The translations under genes were made by a program, and so were the position numbers. Shown one piece after another: positions 1-19,800 of a stretch of DNA of 64,000 bases (positions are counted from its first letter, which is position 1; the number at the start of each line of letters is the position of its first letter). The stretch is from Zygnema circumcarinatum SAG 698-1b (taxonomy: Eukaryota > Plantae > Zygnematophyceae). Location of the stretch: the NCBI GenBank assembly GCA_037447605.1, contig CM074815.1, positions 2,294,001-2,358,000 on the forward strand, written 5' to 3'. The notes under the pieces are model-generated. The model was not told where the DNA came from and made no database searches. It saw only the letters and a program-made list of their open reading frames with translations.

Positions 1-300
1 GTTTGGGGGTTTAGGGTTTAGGGTTTAGGGTTTAGGGTTTAGGGGTTAGGGTTTGGGGTTGAGGAGTTAGGCTTTAGAGTTAGGGTTTAGGGTTTAAGGT
101 TTAAGGTTTAGGGTTTAGGGTTTAGCGGTTAGGGGTTAGGGGTTAGGGGTTAGGGGTTAGAGGTTAGAGTTTAGGGTTTAGGGTTTCGGGTTCAGGGTTT
201 AGGGTTTCGGGTTCAGGGTTTAGGGTTTAAGGTTTAGAGTTAAAGGTTTAGGGGTCAGGGTCTCAGGTTTAGGGTTTAGGGCCTAAAATTTAGGGTTGAA
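1..300. repeat. Degenerate interstitial telomeric repeat array (TTTAGGG-like), repeated at 1129..1460 and 2678..3010
   Basis: Many TTTAGGG/TTAGGG units, downstream of SDR exon 2 (intronic). Confidence 0.9.
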
Positions 301-707
301 GGGTCAGGGTTCAAAGTGGAGGACATTAGAGATAAAGTAGTTTAGGGGCTAAATGACAACTAAGTGCGCTTCGGTGCCATTAATTCATTACCAATTTTAC
401 GGATTTCTGTGTTTTAGCAAGTTTAGAGATTTGACTGGTTTCGAAAGATTATAAAATAATAAAGCATTCCGATATGAAAGGATGGATTAATCGAACAAAT
501 TCATAAATCCTCCACCCAGTCCAACATATGAATTAACATTAGTCAACTTAGTTAACTAAGCCAGTCAGTTTAGACATTCGTCAGTTCCAGTTACGTTTAA
601 AATAGAAAAAAATAAATAAAAACTAATTATGCATCATCATTTTACCATTGCCAGAGGACCAACTGAAAATTTTCTCATCAAAAAAAAAAAAATCATCCCG
701 TGCTTAC

Positions 708-878
708 TTGCATCTGAGACGTCGCATTTAAAAAATTTTGCCTTGAGCTGCCCGGGCCCTCCCCCTCTCTCTCTCTGCTCTTCAAGGAGTCGCAGAGTCT
801 CCGTTCCGTTCTGTTCCGAAAAGTCAACGAGAGTCAACGCAGCGCCGCACTTTGCAAAATGGAGAGCAAGCGCTCGTC
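708..878 (-). CDS. SDR-family oxidoreductase exon 2, first of three identical copies; gene continues left of the window
   Basis: AG/GT-bounded exon encoding (G)RALALHFAKCGAALTLVDFSEQNGTETLRLLEEQ...FFKCDVSDA, typical SDR N-terminal Rossmann fold. Confidence 0.75.
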
Positions 879-1867
879 CTGCACAAAAAAATGTGGTCCG
901 AAAAAAATACCCAAAAAACAAAAAAGGGGGGTTGGGATTAAAGGTCGTTAAAGCAGAATTGAAAGGAAGATTGAAGACGTGAAATAGACGAAGATTTAAT
1001 TTAAGTTTGAGGAATTTCAAAGGAAAAAATCATTGAAGTGATTTTTCTTCATATAAAAACCAACTGCCTGCAACGCGCGTACCGATTCCGGACCCCGCGC
1101 CTGTTATGAGCACGGCGCNNNNNNNNNNGGGGGGGGGGGGTTTAGGGTTTATGGTTGAGGGTTTGGGGGTTTAGGGTTTAGGGTTTAGGGTTTAGGGTTT
1201 AGGGGTTAGGGTTTGGGGTTGAGGAGTTAGGCTTTAGAGTTAGGGTTTAGGGTTTAAGGTTTAAGGTTTAGGGTTTAGGGTTTAGCGGTTAGGGGTTAGG
1301 GGTTAGGGGTTAGGGGTTAGAGGTTAGAGTTTAGGGTTTAGGGTTTCGGGTTCAGGGTTTAGGGTTTCGGGTTCAGGGTTTAGGGTTTAAGGTTTAGAGT
1401 TAAAGGTTTAGGGGTCAGGGTCTCAGGTTTAGGGTTTAGGGCCTAAAATTTAGGGTTGAAGGGTCAGGGTTCAAAGTGGAGGACATTAGAGATAAAGTAG
1501 TTTAGGGGCTAAATGACAACTAAGTGCGCTTCGGTGCCATTAATTCATTACCAATTTTACGGATTTCTGTGTTTTAGCAAGTTTAGAGATTTGACTGGTT
1601 TCGAAAGATTATAAAATAATAAAGCATTCCGATATGAAAGGATGGATTAATCGAACAAATTCATAAATCCTCCACCCAGTCCAACATATGAATTAACATT
1701 AGTCAACTTAGTTAACTAAGCCAGTCAGTTTAGACATTCGTCAGTTCCAGTTACGTTTAAAATAGAAAAAAATAAATAAAAACTAATTATGCATCATCAT
1801 TTTACCATTGCCAGAGGACCAACTGAAAATTTTCTCATCAAAAAAAAAAAAATCATCCCGTGCTTAC

Positions 1868-2297
1868 TTGCATCTGAGACGTCGCATTTAAAAAATTTTG
1901 CCTTGAGCTGCCCGGGCCCTCCCCCTCTCTCTCTCTGCTCTTCAAGGAGTCGCAGAGTCTCCGTTCCGTTCTGTTCCGAAAAGTCAACGAGAGTCAACGC
2001 AGCGCCGCACTTTGCAAAATGGAGAGCAAGCGCTCGTCCTGCACAAAAAAATGTGGTCCGAAAAAAATACCCAAAAAACAAAAAAGGGGGGTTGGGATTA
2101 AAGGTCGTTAAAGCAGAATTGAAAGGAAGATTGAAGACGTGAAATAGACGAAGATTTAATTTAAGTTTGAGGAATTTCAAAGGAAAAAATCATTGAAGTG
2201 ATTTTTCTTCATATAAAAACCAACTGCCTGCAACGCGCGTACCGATTCCGGACCCCGCGCCTGTTATGAGCACGGCGCTGCCCTCCTGCACCTTCAT
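1868..2297 (-). CDS. SDR-family oxidoreductase exons 1-2 (2243..2297, 1868..2038), second copy
   Basis: MKVQEGSAVLITGAGSGIG/RALALHF... contains the TGxxxGIG motif; sequence matches copies 1 and 3 with no difference I could see. Confidence 0.75.
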
Positions 2298-3416
2298 GGA
2301 GGGAGAGGGAGAGAGGGAGGGAGGGAGGGAGGGAGGGAGGGAGGGAGGGAGGGATGAGGGACGGAAGGATGGTGGAGAGGGAGGGAGAGAGAGGTAAAGA
2401 GAGAGAGGGGGAGAGGCGGGGAGAGCGGGAGAGGGCAAGAGAGGCGTGGAGTGGAAGAGAAACACCCAGAGAGAGAGAGAGAGAGAGCTGGCAGGGCGTA
2501 CGGACAAGCGTGGAAACCACGGGCGCAAGAGGATAAAGAGCGAGCGTTTTACACCCGCGGTACGTGGAATCAATCCAAGACTGCCACGTAGAAAATATTC
2601 TGACGTGGAGTACTCTGATTGGCTGAATCTTTACGGGCATATGCCAGTCATTTGGCTCGAACTAACCNNNNNNNNNNGGGGGGGGGGGGTTTAGGGTTTA
2701 TGGTTGAGGGTTTGGGGGTTTAGGGTTTAGGGTTTAGGGTTTAGGGTTTAGGGGTTAGGGTTTGGGGTTGAGGAGTTAGGCTTTAGAGTTAGGGTTTAGG
2801 GTTTAAGGTTTAAGGTTTAGGGTTTAGGGTTTAGCGGTTAGGGGTTAGGGGTTAGGGGTTAGGGGTTAGAGGTTAGAGTTTAGGGTTTAGGGTTTCGGGT
2901 TCAGGGTTTAGGGTTTCGGGTTCAGGGTTTAGGGTTTAAGGTTTAGAGTTAAAGGTTTAGGGGTCAGGGTCTCAGGTTTAGGGTTTAGGGCCTAAAATTT
3001 AGGGTTGAAGGGTCAGGGTTCAAAGTGGAGGACATTAGAGATAAAGTAGTTTAGGGGCTAAATGACAACTAAGTGCGCTTCGGTGCCATTAATTCATTAC
3101 CAATTTTACGGATTTCTGTGTTTTAGCAAGTTTAGAGATTTGACTGGTTTCGAAAGATTATAAAATAATAAAGCATTCCGATATGAAAGGATGGATTAAT
3201 CGAACAAATTCATAAATCCTCCACCCAGTCCAACATATGAATTAACATTAGTCAACTTAGTTAACTAAGCCAGTCAGTTTAGACATTCGTCAGTTCCAGT
3301 TACGTTTAAAATAGAAAAAAATAAATAAAAACTAATTATGCATCATCATTTTACCATTGCCAGAGGACCAACTGAAAATTTTCTCATCAAAAAAAAAAAA
3401 ATCATCCCGTGCTTAC

Positions 3417-3846
3417 TTGCATCTGAGACGTCGCATTTAAAAAATTTTGCCTTGAGCTGCCCGGGCCCTCCCCCTCTCTCTCTCTGCTCTTCAAGGAGTC
3501 GCAGAGTCTCCGTTCCGTTCTGTTCCGAAAAGTCAACGAGAGTCAACGCAGCGCCGCACTTTGCAAAATGGAGAGCAAGCGCTCGTCCTGCACAAAAAAA
3601 TGTGGTCCGAAAAAAATACCCAAAAAACAAAAAAGGGGGGTTGGGATTAAAGGTCGTTAAAGCAGAATTGAAAGGAAGATTGAAGACGTGAAATAGACGA
3701 AGATTTAATTTAAGTTTGAGGAATTTCAAAGGAAAAAATCATTGAAGTGATTTTTCTTCATATAAAAACCAACTGCCTGCAACGCGCGTACCGATTCCGG
3801 ACCCCGCGCCTGTTATGAGCACGGCGCTGCCCTCCTGCACCTTCAT
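3417..3846 (-). CDS. SDR-family oxidoreductase exons 1-2 (3792..3846, 3417..3587); N-terminus resembles the plant SDR-MDR fusion (ARP/NQR-like) or 15-hydroxyprostaglandin dehydrogenase-like SDRs
   Basis: ATG at 3846, TGAGSGIG motif, canonical splice sites; this copy has continuous upstream sequence with CCAAT (ctgattggc) and CCACGT motifs. Confidence 0.8.
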
Positions 3847-5085
3847 GGAGGGAGAGGGAGAGAGGGAGGGAGGGAGGGAGGGAGGGAGGGAGGGAGGGAG
3901 GGATGAGGGACGGAAGGATGGTGGAGAGGGAGGGAGAGAGAGGTAAAGAGAGAGAGGGGGAGAGGCGGGGAGAGCGGGAGAGGGCAAGAGAGGCGTGGAG
4001 TGGAAGAGAAACACCCAGAGAGAGAGAGAGAGAGAGCTGGCAGGGCGTACGGACAAGCGTGGAAACCACGGGCGCAAGAGGATAAAGAGCGAGCGTTTTA
4101 CACCCGCGGTACGTGGAATCAATCCAAGACTGCCACGTAGAAAATATTCTGACGTGGAGTACTCTGATTGGCTGAATCTTTACGGGCATATGCCAGTCAT
4201 TTGGCTCGAACTAACCCTGAACAGCAACTGCTCCATGTAGCGCACATGTGACCCCCCGTTCTGTGTCCTTTATATGAACGGCTTCACAAGGAGACAAACT
4301 GCGAAACTGTTTCCATGTTGGTCGTAGGAGCAGATATAGCCAATTTGGGTTCGAAACGTGTGCATTTGTCCAACGTGGCGAGCTGTGATTGGTTTAAATT
4401 ATACTGTGCCCGCAACGGCGTTCCGGTCAACGCTGTGACTTTGTTGCGCCAAAAGGGAAAGCAATTGCTCTCGAGAGGTTCATTAAGTGAATTATTTGAA
4501 TGAGTGAGCCTCTTTCTCTCTCTCTCCCTCCCCCATCTCTCTCCCTCTCTCCCTCCCCCATCTCTCTCCCTCTCTCGCCCTATCTCTCCTCTCTCCTTCC
4601 CACTTTCTCTCTCCCTCTCTCTTTCTCTCCCCTCTTCCCTCTCTCCTTCCCACATTTTCCCTCTCTCTCTCGCCCTCCTCTCCCTCTCTCTCTCCCCTCC
4701 CTCCCTCTCTCCCCTCCCTCCCTCTCCCCTTCTCCCTCTCTGTCTCCTCGCCCACACTCTCTCTCGCTCTCTCTTTTAATACAAAAAAACATTATGCATC
4801 AGCATAATGCGAATCAAACCACACATTTCGGACCACATCTGCACCGCCATGATTGTAAAACAGGACCAGAAACTGTTGCGATAATCGCCATTTTCCATAC
4901 TCATAAAACATAAAAAGAAAACATAAAAGCAGTTGTCTTCTTCCGGAATCCCCTGCCTGCTTCAGTAAAGCACTGCTCCCTACTTCTTAGCCACCCCGCT
5001 CTGCCCTAATATATGCCTCCGCCGGCTCAAACCTCAAAACACAAAAAAAACGTGAACTAATATCAAAAGCCTAAAAAGCTCTCAA

Positions 5086-5140
<55 letters not shown>

Positions 5141-5222
5141 CCCTCTCCCTCTCTCTCTCTCTCTCTTTCTCACTTCCTCCTTCCTCAAACACTTGGGAAC
5201 CCACAACCCGCTAAAACCCAAC

Positions 5223-6217
5223 TTAGGGGCAAAAAACTAATTCATAGTTGTAGCCGGGCTGGCACGTGAAGGTGCTGCTTGGATCGTCGTAAGCCCATGT
5301 GTACACGGAGGGGCATACCTGCTCGAATGCCGCTGCCTGCAGTTCAGAAAAAGGAAAAAAAAAAGACATCACCATTTGCTCCTCATAATGTGCGAAGATT
5401 AGAACCTTCTTACAACAGCTTTCCCTCCCACCCTCCCTCCCCCTCTCCCTTCCTCCATTTTCCACTCCCTCCCCCTCTCCTCCCCCTCCTCTCCCTCCTC
5501 CCTCACTCTTCCACCTCCCTCTCTCCCTCCGCCTCCGCCTCCGCCTTCGCGTACCTGTGAGTTGATAGAGCAGGTTTGCGGCGTGTTGTATGCCCCCGCG
5601 CAGCAGTACTGAGGCAGCCCCGTCTTAAAGCACAGACTCGCACATGCAACGACTGCTCCGCTCATTCCGACCACCGCTAAGTCCCCCGGACACATGCTGT
5701 TTATGTCCGCTGCACAGGACGGAGTCCCGCATGAAAACCCATTCACCGGCGCATTTTGGGGCCCAAAACTTAGCGGAAGATTGAACCCATCGACTAATGA
5801 TATGTCGTAGAAGTCAATTCCCGAGCCTGATCCGAGAGTTATTTCAGCGAGAGAGGCGGGAGGAGTGCCGCCAACAGCCGGCGGGCATTGCAGGAAGTTT
5901 CCACAAGGGCCAGTTTCGCAGGGACCTGTACCATCTAGGGAGAAATTGCAGCCAGTGCGGCCCCAGAAACGGCCCGACCAGTTGGGAGGGAGAGAGAGGG
6001 AGAGAGAGGCGCCAGGAGGGAGCTCGAAGCCGCCGGAGGAGAGAGGACTGCTCGTACTGCTGGGAATGTTCGCCGGCCAAACTGTGAAGGGGCAATGGTT
6101 GGAAAAGGTGACTATGCGCTGTGCGGAGGCGGAGAGGAGAAAGAGGGGGAAGAGAGAGAGGATGAGAGAGAGAGCCCTCCGAGAGCGGAGAGGCTTCACG
6201 AGGGAGGCGTCAGCCAT
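5223..6217 (-). CDS. Thaumatin-like protein (PR-5 family), 2 exons (5555..6217, 5223..5336), 258 aa
   Basis: Hydrophobic signal-like N-terminus; NHCPFTVWP, WSGRFWGRTGC, FYDISLVDGFNLP, AYDD, TFTC, YELVFCP motifs; 16 Cys; GT/AG intron keeps frame. Confidence 0.95.
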
Positions 6218-6244
6218 GGTGAGAGAGGTACGGGAGGAAAGGAG

Positions 6245-6397
<153 letters not shown>

Positions 6398-6987
6398 AAT
6401 GAAGTGAATCTGTTTGCGAAGGCAAATATATAGGAAAATAGCCGGAAGCGCGTTCGTGACAATGCGTGACGGCGAGTGATTGAAAAGATCGGCGGTCGTT
6501 GTCGGCGGCATGTCGGATCGCCCCGTGACGTTATGACTGTCACGTAACGCCGATACGCTCCACGCGAGGATTGATAATGCGGGACACTTTTTGATTTTTT
6601 CGAGGCGAGTTGGGGGGGGGAGGGGGGGGGCATAGTAATCTATGCGTGGAAGGCTTGAATTTGGTTCTCTGAAATTAAATTGGGTTTGTGGTTTTGGATA
6701 ACATTGTTTAGGGTTCAGATCTGTGGCTTGGTTTTAGAGGGTGATGAATGGGGATTTTCTACAACATTGATTTTGGAATGTGCGCATTGTTCGCATTCTA
6801 AACATGAGTTTTGTTGAGAACCATTGACGGACAACTCAAGATACGGCTCTGAACCCTCAACCCAAAAACGAAAACAAAAAAATGGGAACTGCCCATTCGG
6901 GCTTTTGATTTCTCTTTCTAGTATTCAACATGACCAGCGTATTGAAAACGTTCTAATATTTTTTTTTCAGAATCCCCATAGAGTCCC

Positions 6988-13848
<6,861 letters not shown>

Positions 13849-13909
13849 GGCGGCGAGCTCCGCCTCTGCCTCCGCCTGCTGGGACGAGCAGGAGAAAGTT
13901 ACCGTTGTG

Positions 13910-14150
13910 ACGTATCGTATCGTATTGTTTATATCGTATTATATCGTATTATATAGTATCGTATGGTATCGTATGGTATCGTATCGTTATTTTGTATCGT
14001 TTTAGTTATCGTATCGTCGAGAAATAGCAACCGGTATATCGTTTGGGACGAGCAAAAGCGCCGTTGGAAGTTCCGTATCGTATCGTATCATAAACTGAAA
14101 ATTTATCGTTTGTATCGTATCGTCAAGGTCCGAAATCGTATCGATATCTC
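13910..14150. repeat. (CGTAT)n pentamer array in the divergent intergenic region between TTC27 and the orphan gene
   Basis: Repeated tatcg/cgtat units; an E2F-like GGCGGGAAA lies at about 14182. Confidence 0.8.
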
Positions 14151-14351
14151 GATATTACGCGGTATTGCTGACGAGAGCGAAGGCGGGAAATTCGAAACTA
14201 GAAATTCCAGAGGAATTGAACGTTAGAGGACGGCTGGGAGGAAGAAGTAATCTCTTTGAGGACACGGCAGGTGCGCTACTTTGTCTCGCCTTTCGCTGTC
14301 GCCTGTCTCGTCCTCTCCCTCAATCCCTCCAACCCCCCCCACTATTCCCCA

Positions 14352-14401
<50 letters not shown>

Positions 14402-14441
14402 CTCTCTTTCTCTATCTCCCTCTTTGTTTCTCTTCTCGAGA

Positions 14442-16311
14442 ATGACGCCCAGAGAGCGATACCGATTCTTTGCAGCAATGGCTGCCGTGAGTGCTGTCTC
14501 CCTCCCTCCGCCCCCATCTCCCTCTCCTCACTCTCTCTCCCGCTTCCTTCATACTCGAAATGTCCTGGGTACTGTACGGCAGCTGGCTTTAATTTTGTAA
14601 AAGAGAAACAAATTACGAAATTAACCACCTTTTTTATCCTAATTTTCTAACATGTATTTTGCAGGTTGAGGAGCGCCTCGCGGAGGAAGAGTCTCTTTTT
14701 CACAAAATAAAGTCACATTTGTTAGAACCCATGAACCCATCAAAGCGTTTGACCCCCATCAATGTTCCGAGTCCCTCCGAGTTTCTTCATATCAAAGGAG
14801 ATGCTTTCGGGGTGTCCCCTCCTTACAGGAGAATGGAGGAGGGGGGGTTCAGAAATAAAGCAGGGAGAGGCTCTTCATCAGCATGCAGAATGTTGGAGTC
14901 AGAGGGAGGTAGGGGAGAGAAGAGGGAGTGGAAGGAAGCAGGGAGAGAGAGGAAGGGGAAGGGGGAAGAGAGGGAGGGGGGGGAAGGGGGAGAGAGAGAG
15001 GGGAAGAGGGAAGGGGGGGAGTGTCATAGAGAGAGCGAGGGGGGTGGAGAGTGGGCGAGGGAGGGAGAGTGGGCAGTGGTGGAGGAAAGGAATGGAGAGG
15101 GGGTTGGGAACGGGAATTGGGAGAAGGAGAGAGAGGTGGAGGCAACGGGGAGTGGCAGAGAGAAGAGAGGGAGAGAATTGGAAGGATTGGAATTAAAGCG
15201 TGGAAAATATGGAGAGTCGACATCTGATTTCTTTTTTGAAAGCCGGTTAAGCACTCCTCTCCACCTCGTGGCCAGTTATGGAGGTGGTAGTGGTAGCGGT
15301 AGAGGAAATACCGGTACGGAATTTGAGGAAGAAGATCATTTTGTTCATCGGAATAGAGGATACGGAGAGGCTCGAACAGTTAGCGACTGCCATTTGGGTC
15401 ACGGAACAGAGAATCAACGGAGAGGAGAGGGGGATGAGGGCCCCCACAGGGAGAGAGTGAGCCGCACCACGAATGAAGTCCTTGAGAGGGAAGAAAGCTT
15501 GGGGAAGAGGGAGGGAGAGATAGAGGAAAGAGAAGAGAGCGAGGGTGAGAGTGGTGGAGAATATTTGTTAAACATGGTACGTCAACTTTCTGAAGCTTTA
15601 GGCCGAGGGTTCAGGGAACGGAAACAAAGGTATGATGAGAAGATTGACCAGGACATTTCGGTAGATGAAAGGCGAGACAGAGAGCGAGGGGGAGAGAGAG
15701 AGAGTCTGGCTGCATCGTCTCTTGCCGACAACAGATTTAAAGCGGGGGAAAAAGAAGGGATGAAGAATGAAGGTGCGGAGAGTTCTTTGAGAGAGGGAGC
15801 ATTAGGAGAGGGATGTGCATCCGGTCATGCTTTGCGTGTGAAGGGGACTTCTTTAGATGCGTGGATAGAGAGGTTAGAGGCCGATGGGAGCGAGCATTAC
15901 CGCCTGCTCATGTTGCATGTGGCGAAGGCTTCCATCGAATCTTTTCATACGCATGGGCATGAGCATTAGCATAGACGTGGTGATAGCCGTAGTCATGGTC
16001 GTGGTCATGTTCATGATCACAGGCATGGGCATGACCATGATGAGGTGGCTTTACATGTGCCAGAAGTTGCAAGGGATTACTTTGGTTAATTGGCTGTGCT
16101 CGAAATTACAGCTTATTTCAGAGTTGAAATCCTTTCAACTTATAAGGAGGCTATTCAATTCTTGGCTCTCCCTCTCCCCTCTTCGCTCCCCTCTCCCTTC
16201 GCCCCTCTCGTCTCTCCCCTCCCCATCCCCCTCTCCCGCTCCCACTCTCTCGCCCTCCCTCAAAACAACAAAACACATTTACAAACAAAGAAATGGTTTC
16301 TGAAGCAGTGA
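14442..16311 (+). pseudogene. Orphan gene, exons 14442..14486 and 14665 onward; E/G/R-rich low-complexity body plus a globular-looking C-terminal part interrupted by TAG 15967 and TAA 16087
   Basis: GT/AG junctions in phase; 435-codon open exon; the same frame resumes after both stops (His-rich linker, then LAVLEITAYFRVEILSTYKEAIQFLA). No family recognised. Confidence 0.5.
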
Positions 16312-16821
16312 AAAAATGTACTAAGTATTTTCTATACATGTCACATGGAGGCAGCCGCAAAGTCAAGTCCTCTCCACTAGTCTACAAGTTCCACCCAACT
16401 GAACTAGAACTTAACTCAGACTCAAAAAACTTATCAATAGACATGCAGCCTTTAGTATGCTTTATACTGATGCTCCACAAATCGTTTACTCTCTCTCCCT
16501 CTCTCTCTTCTTGATCTCCCTGACTCGAATACAAGTCTCTTTTTTCCTCCCACTCCCCCCGCTCTGTGTCTCCCCAGACCCGCACTCTCTCCATCTCCCC
16601 CCCTCTTTCTCACACACCCCCCCTTTCTTTCGTCTCCCCCTTCTCCCCCCTCCTCGCTATCGTCCTCTCTTTCCCATGCCGACTGTGTACCATCATCAAA
16701 ATCTGCACTCTCGTAGTTCTGTACAAGGAAAGGAGGTGGCCCTCTCCCCTCCCCTCCCCTCCCCCTCCCCTCCCCCCTCCCACTCTCTCCCGCAGCAGTA
16801 GAGAGCGGAGCCCACTCCGCA

Positions 16822-19800
16822 TTACCGCAGCGGCGGTAGAGAGGGGTTTCTATGTTGAGAGGAGGCAGGGTATAGGCCTACATAGGTCCTAATGAGGTCG
16901 GCTCCGCTCGGGTCAGTGATGAGATGCGTCACGAGGCGCAGGCGGAGGTCATTGGGTGCGAGGGCGAAGGTGGTGAGGGCAAACCAAAGCAGGTTGGCGG
17001 AGGAGAGCTTGGAGCTCAGGAAGCCTCTCCACAGCCTGCGGAAGGGGAGGGAGGGAAGGAGGAAAAGGGGGAGGGAGGGACAGGGAGAAAGACAGCGAGA
17101 GAAAGAGAGAGAATGGGGAGGGGAATGGGGCAGGGGGGAGTGGAGAAGGGGGAGGGCGAGGCGGAGGGGGAGGGGGAGGGGGAGGTGGAGGTGGAGAGGG
17201 AGAAGGGGGAGGGGTGGGGGGGGTTGGGGGTTGGGGGGGAAAGGGGGACAAGGGGAAAGAGAGGGAGAGAACGCATTAGAAATTACGGGGTCTATGGTTT
17301 CGGAAATTTAGGGTTTACGTTTTGCAAGTTTGGGGTTTTGGGATAATCTGGTTTCAGGCTTTTTATAAGTTTTTCTGATTCTTGAGTTGGCCTTGGGGGT
17401 TATAGGCGATTGAAGTCGTCAATTTCTTCAAGGTTTGAAGGTTTTAGGATATTTTAGTTTTCATTTCTGAACCTTAGTATTTTGGAGTAATTGAAATCCC
17501 AAGCGTTTTCCCATATTTGGTATGCAGCTCTATAGAAACAGCTCATGTTCCGACTTCAAGGCCTGCACGGCATGTTGACAGCTCCATTGATAGGGTTCAT
17601 CGTACAACATTTAGGGTTTAGGGTTTGAGGTTTAGGGTTCAAGCTTCGGTAGTGCACCGTGTGGAAAGCTGAAAGAGCGTCTAGAAAAAAGTGTTTTTGG
17701 GGTTTTCAACTAAGTTTTGGGTTTTTAAGAACCTCGGTAACCAAAAACTTCGTATGACCTTTGGGTCGTTGGGTCTTCCATTTTCTTCTCTGGGGTAAGG
17801 ATATTCATGGCTTTTGGGTTTTAAGATTTAGGGTTTGAGCTCCAGTAATGTACCATGTGGGCAGCTGGAAAAATGTGTGGAAGAAGGAGCGAGTCCCGTC
17901 AAGGTCGAGTTGGAGAATGAGCTCGAGTCCGAACAGCATGAAGGCTCGCTGCCGCTTCCGTTCCCGTGACCACAAACAGTCCCATGCTGCAGTTTAACGG
18001 ATTCACGGAGCAGCTTCACGTCAGGCGGCACATAGAGAGCGTTTGTGAGCTCCTAGGTGGTCAAAACGGGACTGGATTTCAGAACACACAAGGATATGAA
18101 ATGCCAAACAAAAGAAAAAATCTCTTATGGGGTTTCAACTCTTTCACATGCATGCGTCCATTTCCTTCTAGTCACCTAGTCAGTTACCTTCGACTCAATG
18201 ATGAACTACATAGAAAAAAATCATCAATTAGTCATTGTGACGGAGAACTGACCACCATGACTGCATTGACTCTCAAAACTTCCAAGACTCTTCTCTTGAC
18301 TTGACTTGACTCGTCCCTCATTCATTCGGAAAGTCATTCAGTCACCCACCTTGAAGAGCAGCTGCCTGAGAAGTCCATGTAGACGTTTCTCTAGATATGT
18401 TGTGATGATCTCCCCGTAAAGCAGCGGCAATAGCCGCTGCGTACTGGGGAGCCTCCGAGAGAGAGCGAGCGATAGAGTATCCTGGAACACATCATAAAGT
18501 CGAGAAAAAGAGAGGAGAGAGAGAGAGGGAGAGAAAGAAGGGAGTGAAGTTAAGTAGAGTGAATGGAGGTTCTCTTTCCCGCACGATGAGGATTTCCTCT
18601 CTGATGGCTTCTTGGAAGGTAGCAAAACGCTGTCCCGGGTATTTCTCAGTGGTAGTGGTTTTAGGTTGATTAGGATTCTTCCTACTTTTTATTTTTTAGG
18701 GTTTTCAGAAATGGTGGTGGCAAAAATAAGGGTCAGGAAAGTAGAGAAGCTAAGATTTCAACAAAGGAATCAGACCATCTCCACTTTCAAGCTGCCAGAC
18801 CTCTCAAGCGCAAACCTCCATAACCCTACAGCAGCCGATAAACACTCAGCTTTTGTGTGCGTGCGTGTGTGAGATAGACAAGGAGAGAGAGAGACTGATT
18901 CATAATGAGAAAAAGCATGCATGCAAATGCAGCTATCATGTACGCGTATAGTAAATGCATTAAGTAACAACATGCATACAACTGTGTGCATGCATGGGCT
19001 TAGCCATAGAGTGGGAGAGGGGGGGAAAGGGAGAGGGCGAGAGAAAGAGAGGGACAGAGAGGGAGCACCTGTAGCGGGATGGATCATAGAAGCAGCCGCC
19101 CCAAAGCCGATATGCTGCTGATTGGTGTGAGGAAGCGTGCCGCCCACTGGAATGTACGACCACTCCTAATGTACATCACATTTCAAAATTTTATTACTGG
19201 TGAAAAATTAGACCATCGCATCTGTATCTATCCAAGTACATGTACAGACGAGGCATAACACACTCACATGTACATACGAGTGCACACATGCATACATGCA
19301 CATATATGCCCATAGAAGAAGGGCCGGGTCAAATGAGCACACCTGTCCACATTGACAAGGGCTTTCTCAAAATCCCATATATCCTGAGGACTTCAAACCC
19401 TTTGTTCCGCCACAAGGTAGGAAGATAGAAAGAAAGAAAGAAAGAAAGAAGGGAAGGGAGAGGACAAAGGCGACGAGATTATGAATAGGAAACTGTCTCT
19501 CACTTCCTCATACACGTGGCTGTACTTTATGCCGAGGGAGTGCAGCCTCCTGTGCAGACGCTGCTTGAGCAGATCCAATGGCATAGCTGGTCGAGCCGCT
19601 AGACATGTTTCCTGCAACATAAGGCACTTAGATAACAAGTTGTAAACAATGCAGTAATAACATGAGAAATGAGGCAGACAATTTCTCAGTTCAAAAGGAA
19701 AAGCAAACACGCAACAAATCGAGAACAAGTTGTGGACAATGTAGATAGTTTTAAGCAATAACATGACTGAAATTAGGCAAGGATTCTCTCACCTCAAAGA

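Noticed and set aside
1-4240. Apparent tandem triplication of SDR exons
   Set aside because: The copies look identical down to homopolymer lengths, each restarts at the same G-run after a 10-N gap, and each extends further than the last. This is typical of unmerged overlapping contigs.
15967-16089. Genome-wide TAA/TAG to Gln reassignment
   Set aside because: The thaumatin gene ends with TAA exactly at the conserved FCP C-terminus, and the copia pol ends with TAA at the expected place
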